Below are positions 8,156 to 16,043 of a stretch of DNA of 37,937 bases, one piece after another (within the stretch, counting starts at the first letter, position 1; each line of letters begins with the position of its first letter). This stretch comes from a virus (lineage: Duplodnaviria; Caudoviricetes): positions 1 through 37,937 of the IMG/VR virus record IMGVR_UViG_3300037515_000363, one strand, 5' to 3'. A program made the translations under genes and the position numbers. Under the pieces are notes generated by a model. That model did no database searches. It was not told the DNA's origin and saw only the letters and a list, made by a program, of their open reading frames with translations.

Positions 8156-8732
8156 TTCCCCAGATAACATTTTGTTGAGCTATGCCAATAAGTTTATAGC
8201 CAACAGCAGTTTTAGCCAGGCTAAGTTCATCCATGATTTGCTGTTACCTGCATTGATAGAAGCGGGACTTGAAAAACCAGAAGATCACAAAACTGCGGAT
8301 GAATATGAAAGTTGGCGTTCGGCAAAGGTGCGCCAAATTAACGCGATCTTAAATGGCCACACTAATATGCCATTACGTTGGGTTTGGTGTTGGCTCGATG
8401 TGTTGCCAGCACCGTATGGTCCAGAAGCACGTAAAGAGTTTTTGTCTCAGGCTAATTTGGTCGGGATCTCACTTGCCGGAGTTATTAACGGCAAGAGCAA
8501 CATGGCCAACTTGCCACAGATATTCCGTGAAGTCGCTGATGTGATGGATGCTGGCGCCCTTGTAGCTTCTGACGGAGTGTATGACCACAAGGATGAGCCT
8601 GAGCAGTTAAAGAAACTTAGCAATGAGCTGGCTGATGTGATTGAGCATTGTATGCGTGAACTGTTTGCATTAAATGCCGCAACTGACATTAGTGACACTC
8701 GTGGCGGCAAGATTGTCAAAATGTGCGAATAA
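8148..8732 (+). CDS. Hypothetical phage regulatory protein (CII position)
   Basis: Overlaps the cro stop; 194 aa; helical; function inferred from position only. Confidence 0.6.
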   Translation: MINSPDNILLSYANKFIANSSFSQAKFIHDLLLPALIEAGLEKPEDHKTADEYESWRSAKVRQINAILNGHTNMPLRWVWCWLDVLPAPYGPEARKEFLSQANLVGISLAGVINGKSNMANLPQIFREVADVMDAGALVASDGVYDHKDEPEQLKKLSNELADVIEHCMRELFALNAATDISDTRGGKIVKMCE

Positions 8733-8762
8733 ACAAATCAACATTTAAAGATTTAAACAAAT
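8715..8762. repeat. 8-bp-period repeat array 2 (upstream of Q)
   Basis: GTCAAAAT GTGCGAAT AAACAAAT CAACATTT AAAGATTT AAACAAAT. Confidence 0.7.
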
Positions 8763-9441
8763 GCAGGAGGCACTAGTGATTGAACCGCAAACGTTATACG
8801 CCATTCGAGTTGAAATACTCAGCGCCTTGCATATTGACGTTCGTACTCGCGGCCAGCTTGATTTTGATGGATCAATGATTACTAAGTACGGAACGAAAAA
8901 CAGGCCGGTTGATAGTGTCACCGGCGAACGCTTTGATCCAGAACCCGTTCGTGGTCGTTCAGGCCGAACATTTAAGTGCAGCAGCTGCCCATTGCCACCG
9001 GATGCATTCTCATTAATAAAAACCAGTCGAGCCGTCACTATGCTGCCTGAGCACCTTAATTCACTTGCGCTGTATGCATACTCAGAACGCTGTGAGTGGC
9101 ACCACGTTGAGATAGTTGCTGCCGTCATCTGGCAACGCCTACTGGCAACACAAGACAAGCCATTTAGGGCTAAAAAAGAAAAAACGCTAAAAGGTATGGT
9201 GTTCTTGGCCATGCAGAATTGGCGGCATCTTCTTACCGCTGAAAATGATTTACATACACCACAGCGAATACGTGAACTTTTGGATATTAGTGAAAATTTA
9301 TGGCGTCGTGATTGGTTGCCGTTCTGGCGCCAACTCCACGATTTGTTATCTGAAACTGACAACCAGGTGCTAACCCATGTCTACGAAGCTACAAGCCACC
9401 CCAAGAAAGCAAGAAATAAAAGCGCAGCTGCAGCGGCATAA
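8761..9441 (+). CDS. Q: Late-gene antiterminator Q (N15/VP882 type)
   Basis: Position after cro; C-terminal HTH with a Trp-rich segment (ELLDISENLWRRDWLPFW); real start may be GTG 8776 after AGGAGG. Confidence 0.75.
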   Translation: MQEALVIEPQTLYAIRVEILSALHIDVRTRGQLDFDGSMITKYGTKNRPVDSVTGERFDPEPVRGRSGRTFKCSSCPLPPDAFSLIKTSRAVTMLPEHLNSLALYAYSERCEWHHVEIVAAVIWQRLLATQDKPFRAKKEKTLKGMVFLAMQNWRHLLTAENDLHTPQRIRELLDISENLWRRDWLPFWRQLHDLLSETDNQVLTHVYEATSHPKKARNKSAAAAA

Positions 9442-9748
9442 AGACGAAGTGGGCCTGCGCCTTTGTCTTGGTTGTGATAGTGAGCCCCGCTTGGGTTACA
9501 GCCATGGTATTTACTCAGAAGCCAGCCCAAAGTTACCTATACCGCGGCAACACGGTGAACACTTCGAAGCATTCACTCTGTATTGCCCTAATTGCGGATT
9601 TAAGCTCGATGTTTATATGGGCCTGCAGGGCGCGCTTTGTGAGTGGCACCGAGCCAATAAACCTGATGATGCCTATTCTGCGGCATGTTGGGCTAAACGA
9701 TTCAACGAACAGATGATGGCACAGGATGCCAATACTTTAGAACATTAA
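9377..9748 (+). CDS. Zinc-finger protein, Lar (restriction alleviation)-like
   Basis: CLGC...CPNCG...ALCEW pattern. Confidence 0.5.
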   Translation: MSTKLQATPRKQEIKAQLQRHKDEVGLRLCLGCDSEPRLGYSHGIYSEASPKLPIPRQHGEHFEAFTLYCPNCGFKLDVYMGLQGALCEWHRANKPDDAYSAACWAKRFNEQMMAQDANTLEH

Positions 9749-9760
9749 TAAGGAATACCC

Positions 9761-10681
9761 ATGTACTTTAAAAATGCGCTTGTCTTCCAAATTACCCGCG
9801 ACATAGGTTTGAGCGAACCGGATGCCATAGAGAAGCTATCAGCAGCGTTGAATGACTTCTCTTTTACAGCCTGTAATTCTCAAGACGTTTATAAATGCGG
9901 TTGGGTATCACCACTTCATCATATTGATGCAGAGGAACGATTGTTAGCCGGTGATGGCCGGATATTGTTGACCTTTAAAAAAGAAGAAAAAATCCTTCCT
10001 GGCGCCACGGTCACTAAAAGTCTAAATGAAAAAGTAAAGGCCATAGAATTGGCCGAGCAAAGAAAGTTAGGCAAGAAAGAGAAAGATGCAATAAAAGACG
10101 ACATTGTGCAGCAGCTGCTGCCCCGAGCATTTAGCAAAGAAAGTCACCTTAGTGCGTATATCTCAATACCGCACAATCTCATTATTGTTGATACCGCGAC
10201 CGCAGCACAGGCTGAAACCTTGCTGGCGCTACTGCGTAAAACGATGGGCTCGTTACCAGTTGTTCCTATTCAAAGTAAATCTCCTGCTGAAACAATTATG
10301 ACGTTATGGCTTAGTGAACAAGTGCAGCCAGAAGGTTTTGATATTGGTCATGATGCAGTGCTGGTTGGCGAAGGTGACGAGACGGTTAAGTTTAAAGGTC
10401 AGGATCTTTTTTCTGATGAAGTCATCGGTCATATAAACGCACATAAGAAAGTCACAGAGTTGCGCCTCACTTGGGGACAGACGCTTTCGGTGACATTCAC
10501 AGCCGGTTTGATTTTTAAAGGTATCAAATGGGCTGAGGAATTTCGAGCTACTAATGATGATGTTGGCCATGAAGATGTTGCCGCCAGATTCGATGCTGAT
10601 TTTGCACTAATGGGCGGCGAACTGGAGAAGATGCTCCTGCAGGCGTTTAAGTTGTTAGAAGTACAGCGTCAGGAGGATTGA
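9761..10681 (+). CDS. rdgC: Recombination-associated protein RdgC
   Basis: MYFKN, GWVSP, EEKILP, LLPRAFS, LLRKTMGSLPVVP and RFDADFALM motifs; 306 aa. Confidence 0.93.
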   Translation: MYFKNALVFQITRDIGLSEPDAIEKLSAALNDFSFTACNSQDVYKCGWVSPLHHIDAEERLLAGDGRILLTFKKEEKILPGATVTKSLNEKVKAIELAEQRKLGKKEKDAIKDDIVQQLLPRAFSKESHLSAYISIPHNLIIVDTATAAQAETLLALLRKTMGSLPVVPIQSKSPAETIMTLWLSEQVQPEGFDIGHDAVLVGEGDETVKFKGQDLFSDEVIGHINAHKKVTELRLTWGQTLSVTFTAGLIFKGIKWAEEFRATNDDVGHEDVAARFDADFALMGGELEKMLLQAFKLLEVQRQED

Positions 10682-10682
10682 T

Positions 10683-10838
10683 ATGCGCGAAAAATTCGAA
10701 AAATGGGTAATCACTCAGTTTCCTGACTTTGAAACCAATTTATTAGAGCGTAGTGCAGATGATGCTTATAAGACTGACTCTATAAATACCTTGTTTGTAG
10801 GTTTTTGCGCTGGTTATTTACTTGCGCCGAAAAATTAA
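10683..10838 (+). CDS. Small hypothetical phage protein (51 aa), absent from the ORF track
   Basis: AGGAGG RBS at 10671; MREKFEKWVITQFPD... Confidence 0.65.
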   Translation: MREKFEKWVITQFPDFETNLLERSADDAYKTDSINTLFVGFCAGYLLAPKN

Positions 10839-10849
10839 AGGCTTTTGTT

Positions 10850-10972
10850 ATGGACTACTCAAGAAAGGATTTGCTTGATTATGTTATGCAACAAACAGGA
10901 CTAACCCAAGACGAAGCGATGGAGTGGTGCGCTAGAAATTTCACTGGATGGGATTTGGTTGATGATAATTAA
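10850..10972 (+). CDS. Small hypothetical protein (40 aa), absent from the ORF track
   Basis: MDYSRKDLLDYVMQQTGLTQDEAMEWC...; follows the previous ORF by 11 nt. Confidence 0.5.
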   Translation: MDYSRKDLLDYVMQQTGLTQDEAMEWCARNFTGWDLVDDN

Positions 10973-10988
10973 AATTTAAGTAAGACTT

Positions 10989-11036
10989 AAACAAATAAAC
11001 AAATGTTGAAAATAACATTTAAACAGTTTGACAAAT
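10989..11036. repeat. 8-bp-period repeat array 3 (overlaps the late promoter -35)
   Basis: AAACAAAT AAACAAAT GTTGAAAA TAACATTT AAACAGTT TGACAAAT. Confidence 0.75.
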
Positions 11037-11072
11037 GTAACGGTTAAACGCTACGATTCTCTATCGTAGGAT
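11028..11072 (+). promoter_or_regulatory. Late promoter, pR'-like
   Basis: TTGACA-18 bp-TACGAT, then a -10-like TAGGAT at 11067-11072, then a terminator. Confidence 0.7.
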
Positions 11073-11082
11073 AACTACACCA

Positions 11083-11106
11083 AACCGCCTCATCGGCGGT
11101 TTTTTT
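11083..11106 (+). terminator. tR'-like intrinsic terminator
   Basis: AACCGCC-TCATC-GGCGGTT followed by a T run. Confidence 0.85.
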
Positions 11107-11289
11107 ATGTCTGAAATTTGGTGACCAAGATGAAGTAGCTTAGGTTTTTGTTGTCGAGTGTTACCGACGCACTTGTTATCAGTTAAGTCGGCATGTTTAG
11201 CAACGAGCCCGCATGTAGCCTTTGGCAGGGATTAGTTTGGGTTAGCGCCCCATTAATGCATAAATCAGCTATTCAATGAATTTTTATTG

Positions 11290-11314
11290 GCCCTGCATTT
11301 TGCGGGGCTTTTTT
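11290..11314 (+). terminator. Second terminator before the lysis genes
   Basis: GCCCTGCA-TTT-TGCGGGGC-TTTTTT. Confidence 0.8.
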
Positions 11315-11330
11315 ATGCCTGGAGATAACT

Positions 11331-11609
11331 ATGGACGTGCAAACGATGCAGGCCCTCGTTGGTTTGCTTACGTTGCTGGTGACTGTTTTCGGCGGATTAC
11401 TGATGGTTTTGTGGATGCAGCTATCAAGCCAAAGCAAAGCTCTGGGCGCTCACGAAGTGAATGTCGCCAAGCATTATGTCACTAAAGACGAACATGACCG
11501 CCGCATCACTCAAGAGATTAACGGCCTCAAGGAGCTGCTGCAGCGAGTAGAAAAAACAGTAAACAGTTTACTTGAATTAAATCAAAGCAAAGGCCGAGGT
11601 GCTGCGTAA
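11331..11609 (+). CDS. Membrane protein, holin/antiholin candidate
   Basis: One N-terminal TM segment plus coiled coil; GGAG RBS; first gene of the late operon, before the endolysin. Confidence 0.6.
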   Translation: MDVQTMQALVGLLTLLVTVFGGLLMVLWMQLSSQSKALGAHEVNVAKHYVTKDEHDRRITQEINGLKELLQRVEKTVNSLLELNQSKGRGAA

Positions 11610-12109
11610 TGAAAAAACCAATGTATTACGGATTAGTTAGTAAGTTGCAAGCGCTTGAAATTGCTAAAGCGGTTTGTAGTGCTATCGGTGGTAATCCTCT
11701 AGTTGCTGACCTGCTAATCGAAACCGCAGCCGCAGAAACTCTGCTTGGTGAATATCGTGATCCAACGCCATACAGCGCAGGAACGGGTGTAACCCAAGTC
11801 GATAAGGGCACTTTTGATTGGTTAAAGGAGCGCTATAAGGGCCACACCATAGCTTCCCAGATTTATAGCGCGTTCGGCATCACGCTTAGTCGAGTTAGTT
11901 ATTTAGAACTCGAAACCTCGCCGCTATTGAGTTTCATATTTTGTCGTTTGCGGTATTACACAATTCCAGCACCTATTCCATCGAATAGAGCTGGTCGCGC
12001 TGAATACTGGAAGCGGCACTACAACACATCGGCAGGCAAAGGGACTCCAGAAGAATATTTGGAGCGCTGTGAGCTTGCTGGCGTAAACGAGCTACTTTCA
12101 CGCAACTAA
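11609..12109 (+). CDS. Endolysin candidate (lysozyme/transglycosylase-like fold)
   Basis: AAET catalytic-Glu context, GVTQ (GxxQ), YWKRHYNT; lysis cassette position. Confidence 0.7.
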   Translation: MKKPMYYGLVSKLQALEIAKAVCSAIGGNPLVADLLIETAAAETLLGEYRDPTPYSAGTGVTQVDKGTFDWLKERYKGHTIASQIYSAFGITLSRVSYLELETSPLLSFIFCRLRYYTIPAPIPSNRAGRAEYWKRHYNTSAGKGTPEEYLERCELAGVNELLSRN

Positions 12110-12122
12110 CAGGAGACTGACT

Positions 12123-12392
12123 ATGCGAAAGCTCATTACAACATTAGGGCTAATGATGGCCATGGTGTTTATGCCGTTTGCGGCTATGGCAACTGATGCT
12201 ATGGCTGAATTACCTATTTCGGTTGATGGTTTGCCAGGATGGGTAGGAATTGTTGTGGCCATTGCTTATGGATTAGCACATGCGGTTGCACTGCTACCAG
12301 AACCAGTGACCAATAAATTGCCTCAATGGGTAAAAACCCTATTGAAGTATGTTGCTGCCAACTATGGCAAAGCAAAGAACAAAGGCGCTTAG
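12123..12392 (+). CDS. Membrane protein, holin candidate
   Basis: Signal-like N-terminus plus TM segment and basic C-terminus; AGGAG RBS. Confidence 0.6.
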   Translation: MRKLITTLGLMMAMVFMPFAAMATDAMAELPISVDGLPGWVGIVVAIAYGLAHAVALLPEPVTNKLPQWVKTLLKYVAANYGKAKNKGA

Positions 12393-12620
12393 ATGTTATG
12401 GGCTCAATTGCTAGTAAAGCTATTTGTCCATTTGATTGAGTTAGCTGTTCAGGTAAAGAGGCGTGATGATGAAGAAAAGCGTCAAGAGCGGCTTGCTCAG
12501 GCTAAGTCTAACCCTGGGGATTACTTGCGCCAGTTTGGTAGGGTGCAGCACATTGATGACAAATCAAGCGCCGATGTGTCTAGCGACTCAGCCAATACTG
12601 GAGAACATAACCGAGACTGA
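12393..12620 (+). CDS. Inner-membrane spanin-like protein (Rz-like)
   Basis: Hydrophobic N-terminus, charged helical body, overlapped by a lipoprotein ORF. Confidence 0.55.
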   Translation: MLWAQLLVKLFVHLIELAVQVKRRDDEEKRQERLAQAKSNPGDYLRQFGRVQHIDDKSSADVSSDSANTGEHNRD

Positions 12621-12708
12621 ATCAGGCTTTATTGTCACTCATGATGATATGGCTCAGATAACAGTCTACATCGAGCAGCTGCGTCAGTGTGTTGGTGTTG
12701 AGCTGTAG
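12463..12708 (+). CDS. Outer-membrane lipoprotein spanin-like protein (Rz1-like)
   Basis: Basic N-terminus, hydrophobic stretch, lipobox LVGC; +1 frame overlap with the previous gene. Confidence 0.6.
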   Translation: MMMKKSVKSGLLRLSLTLGITCASLVGCSTLMTNQAPMCLATQPILENITETESGFIVTHDDMAQITVYIEQLRQCVGVEL

Positions 12709-12763
12709 GGCTGGCTGAGACTTCAATCAAAGCCAAATGGGGGCAGCCACCCCCACCCTTTTT

Positions 12764-12980
12764 GGGTCCTCCCTAGGGGTTAGAACGTGACGGGGCTTAG
12801 ACTCGCCGCTTCTGCCCCATTTTAGATCCAAAAAACAGGTCCTTTCTTCCTAAGTCATTTAGAAAGGACTTGTTTCTTTTTTTCAGTATTCATGCGGGAT
12901 TCATTTGTTTTGTCACTTGGGAACAGGTGGCAAAAGAAAGGATTTCCGAACAAATCAACAAATGTTTATTTGTCCTTTCT
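12764..12980 (+). other. cos packaging site (cosQ/cosN/cosB-like)
   Basis: GGGTCCT at 12764, ACGGGGCTTAGACTCGC at 12790-12806, and four TCCTTTCT/AGAAAGGA boxes (12840, 12861, 12935, 12973) upstream of a Nu1-like gene. Confidence 0.7.
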
Positions 12981-13003
12981 TACATTTGTACAAAACAACA
13001 ATT
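12948..13003. repeat. 8-bp-period repeat array 4 (upstream of small terminase)
   Basis: GAACAAAT CAACAAAT GTTTATTT GTCCTTTC TTACATTT GTACAAAA CAACAATT. Confidence 0.75.
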
Positions 13004-13013
13004 TTCAGGGCTG

Positions 13014-13574
13014 ATGATGGCAATAGTGAACCGCAACGAGTTCGCTGACCTTGTTGGTAAGTCTGCCAAGTGGGTGGGCGAATGGATTAAAGACGGCATG
13101 CCAACCGAAGGCGGTGGCGGCCGAGGCAACCCTGTCATGATTGACACGGTTAAGGCTATCGACTGGTTGATAAATCGCGAGGTAGTTAAGCAAGTAGGTG
13201 ACGACGAAGAAGAAGATCGCAAGCCAAGAGCTGGCACTAAGGATGGCGAAGAACTGCTGACTGCAATAGCTAAGCGTAGAAAGGCCGTGGTCGAAGCTGA
13301 TAAAGCCGAAGAGTCTGTCATTGATTTGGAGGACGCTGGCCAGTTGCTTTATGCCATATCTACTCTGTTTGGCAATGAACTGAACGGCCTTGGTGCGCGT
13401 TTAGCTAACGAGGTCGCACCCATTAATGAACCAGCAATATGCAAAAACAAAATTGATGCAGAATGCCGCCGAGTTCGTGCTGCCACCGCTGACCGGCTCC
13501 GTGAATTCGTTTCTGAATATCGTTCTCAACGCAGCCGAGATGGTGGAAGCTCCACCGCTGAGGAATGCAGCTGA
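13014..13574 (+). CDS. Terminase small subunit (lambda Nu1-like)
   Basis: VNRNEFADLVGKS..W...GMP..GGGGRG winged HTH; start placed at ATG 13014/13017 rather than 12870. Confidence 0.9.
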   Translation: MMAIVNRNEFADLVGKSAKWVGEWIKDGMPTEGGGGRGNPVMIDTVKAIDWLINREVVKQVGDDEEEDRKPRAGTKDGEELLTAIAKRRKAVVEADKAEESVIDLEDAGQLLYAISTLFGNELNGLGARLANEVAPINEPAICKNKIDAECRRVRAATADRLREFVSEYRSQRSRDGGSSTAEECS

Positions 13575-15525
13575 GTGGGCTACTAGCAATAGACGTATGC
13601 CGCCAGGTTCACCTATACCAGGACCGTTCAATACAGCATCCACGCCATACATGATTCCTGTGTGTATCGCATTCGCTGACCCCAGGTATAACAAGATCAC
13701 GTTCGTCATGGGCACCCAAATGGGGAAGTCCGCAACGATGCAGAACGTGATCGGCTGGAAGCTAGATGACGAGCCGGCGCCGATTATTTATGTCGGGCCT
13801 ACTGAGTCCAACATTAACAACGTGGTTGAGCCCAAGATTGTTGAAATGTTCCAGGAGGCCAAGAGCCTGTGGGTGAAGTTCGACAAGAAAAGCTCCAAGC
13901 ACAAAAAGCGCATAGCCGGTGTATCACTGCGTTTCGCCTGGGCGGGTTCTGCTACTGAGCTGGCCTCAGATTCGGCCGTGATCACATTGGTAGACGAGCT
14001 GGATAGGCCTGACGAAAACGCCACTGGTGAGGGTGACTTGGCCGAGATAGCCGAGGCCCGTGGTGATGCGTACACAGATTCAAAGCTGGGACTTACCAGC
14101 ACTCCAACCCACGGCATAGCCACGGCTTCACCGCATCCAGAAACGGGCATGATCCATTGGACCGTTGCTGATAAGGGCAAAGTATCAAGTCCTATCTGGC
14201 GCCAGTGGGAGAAAGGCACTAGGCATGAATGGGCCGTCCCTTGTCCTCATTGTCATGAGTATTTCATGCCAAGGAGCGATCTGTTGTGGTGGCCTGGCAT
14301 TGGCACCGATAACGAATGCCCCCCTGCTCAAGCGGTTAAAGAAGCACGGCTTACCTGTGCTCATTGCGGATCTCTTATAGAGGATAGCAAGCGCAAGGGC
14401 ATGAATGCCAAAGGTGTAGGGATTGCCCCTGGTCAATCTGTCAGAGGGCATGATGATGGTCATGTGATCATTACTCAAGATGGACAGGATCATGTTGTGC
14501 CGTATCACGGCATGTTGGGAACTAGTGATGGAAATTCACATTTCAGCATATGGGTCAGCGGCCTGTGCTCATTTTCTGCGAAAAAGAGCTATGGCTTTCT
14601 TGCCAGAAAATTGCTTGAAGCTCTACAAAGCGGCAATCCAAATACTCTGCTCTCTGTTTATAACACTGGTTTTGGTGAGATATACGCCATAGCCGGTGAG
14701 GCGCCAGAGTGGGAAGAGGTTTATGCGCTGCGTTCATCCTACGCATCCGGCCAGATCCCCGAAGGTTTTGACCAACTCATTTGCACGGTAGACGTGCAGA
14801 AGAACAGGCTGTACTACGTGCTTCGCGCTTGGCGCCCTGGCATGTCTAGTCGTCTGATTGAGTGGGGCGAGATTTGGGGAGACACGGATAAGCCTGAGGT
14901 CTGGAATGAGCTGTCAGAGTTCCTAGAGCAGGAATGGGATGGCAAGCAAATCCAACTGATGGGCGTCGATGCGGGTTTCAGAACTGATGAAGTGTTGGCG
15001 TTCGTGCGCCGCCACAAGGGGCGAACACGTGCCCTTATGGGGTTTGAGCGTTTGCCTAAACCGTTTCGTTTAGTTCGCCTTGAAGTCGACAAGAAGGGTA
15101 AGACTCGCCTGCACGGTGATAAACGATGGGACTTTGATACTACGCTGGCCAAAGCATGGGTACATAGCCGAGTGCGCTGGCCTAAGGGTAAGGAAGGTGA
15201 TTGGTTGATCCCCTCAGATATTACCGAGGAATACTGCCGCCATATTGTTGCCGAAGAATTTAACGAAGAGACAGGAAAGTGGAATCAGACCGCCAAGCGG
15301 AACGATTACCTGGACTGTGAGGGGATGCAATACATGTGCGCCCGTATGCTGAGAATTGACCGCAAGAAGTCGTCTGCTTCACCAGATGAACCCGATGGCT
15401 CCGAGCATGAAGATGCCGAGCCAGATGAAGAAACTCCACCAAAAGCCACCAGAAAGCCCGTCAAGCGCAAACGGTCCAGCCGTAAACGCACCGGCGGCGG
15501 AGGCTTTGTCAGCCGGTATAGATAA
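13426..15525 (+). CDS. Terminase large subunit (lambda gpA family)
   Basis: GTQMGKS Walker A, LVDELD Walker B, TSTPT, CPHC, VDVQ, GVDAG, NDYLDC; true start likely later (13501 or 13540). Confidence 0.95.
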   Translation: MNQQYAKTKLMQNAAEFVLPPLTGSVNSFLNIVLNAAEMVEAPPLRNAAEWATSNRRMPPGSPIPGPFNTASTPYMIPVCIAFADPRYNKITFVMGTQMGKSATMQNVIGWKLDDEPAPIIYVGPTESNINNVVEPKIVEMFQEAKSLWVKFDKKSSKHKKRIAGVSLRFAWAGSATELASDSAVITLVDELDRPDENATGEGDLAEIAEARGDAYTDSKLGLTSTPTHGIATASPHPETGMIHWTVADKGKVSSPIWRQWEKGTRHEWAVPCPHCHEYFMPRSDLLWWPGIGTDNECPPAQAVKEARLTCAHCGSLIEDSKRKGMNAKGVGIAPGQSVRGHDDGHVIITQDGQDHVVPYHGMLGTSDGNSHFSIWVSGLCSFSAKKSYGFLARKLLEALQSGNPNTLLSVYNTGFGEIYAIAGEAPEWEEVYALRSSYASGQIPEGFDQLICTVDVQKNRLYYVLRAWRPGMSSRLIEWGEIWGDTDKPEVWNELSEFLEQEWDGKQIQLMGVDAGFRTDEVLAFVRRHKGRTRALMGFERLPKPFRLVRLEVDKKGKTRLHGDKRWDFDTTLAKAWVHSRVRWPKGKEGDWLIPSDITEEYCRHIVAEEFNEETGKWNQTAKRNDYLDCEGMQYMCARMLRIDRKKSSASPDEPDGSEHEDAEPDEETPPKATRKPVKRKRSSRKRTGGGGFVSRYR

Positions 15526-16043
15526 TGAATGAACCCAAGAAAATAAGCGCCGGTACCTCAGTTGGCTGGTCATTTGGTCACGAGTTAGCGGATGGCCAGT
15601 GGCAGTTTAGTTATGCGCTGCGCGGTCCAGGTGCGATAGATATCGACGCATTAACCAGTGATGGTGTTGTCATTGTTAAACAGATGGCTGATGTCACTAG
15701 TGGATGGGTTGCTGGTCAATATGAATGGCGCCTGTATGCAACGCTAGGAGCTGACCGTCAGGTCATTAGTTCTGGCCAGATAACGATTGAGGCTGATTTT
15801 AGCCAGTTGTCAGCTGGTCACGATCCACGCAGTCACTCTAAACGCATGCTTGATGCAATTAATGCGGTGTTAGAAGGTCGGATTTTATCAGATCATGAAA
15901 GTTACACGATAGATGACCGCCGGCTAGACCGCATTCCTATCAAAGAGTTGTATGCCTTACGTAAGTCATACATTCGCAAGATTAGGCAAGAGAACGGAGC
16001 CGGATTCAGACTGAAACGTGTCTTGACGAGGTTGCCTGCATGA
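15525..16043 (+). CDS. Head completion/adaptor protein (gpW-like C-terminus with extra N-terminal domain)
   Basis: Between terminase and portal; ESYTIDDRRLDRIPIKEL. Confidence 0.6.
   Translation: MNEPKKISAGTSVGWSFGHELADGQWQFSYALRGPGAIDIDALTSDGVVIVKQMADVTSGWVAGQYEWRLYATLGADRQVISSGQITIEADFSQLSAGHDPRSHSKRMLDAINAVLEGRILSDHESYTIDDRRLDRIPIKELYALRKSYIRKIRQENGAGFRLKRVLTRLPA

Noticed and set aside
11190-11262. tRNA gene in the late leader
   Set aside because: A T-arm-like hairpin is present, but there is no TTC loop consensus and no clean acceptor or anticodon stem.
12870-13013. N-terminal extension of the small terminase in the ORF track
   Set aside because: It runs through the cosB-like boxes and array 4; Nu1 similarity starts at 13014/13017.
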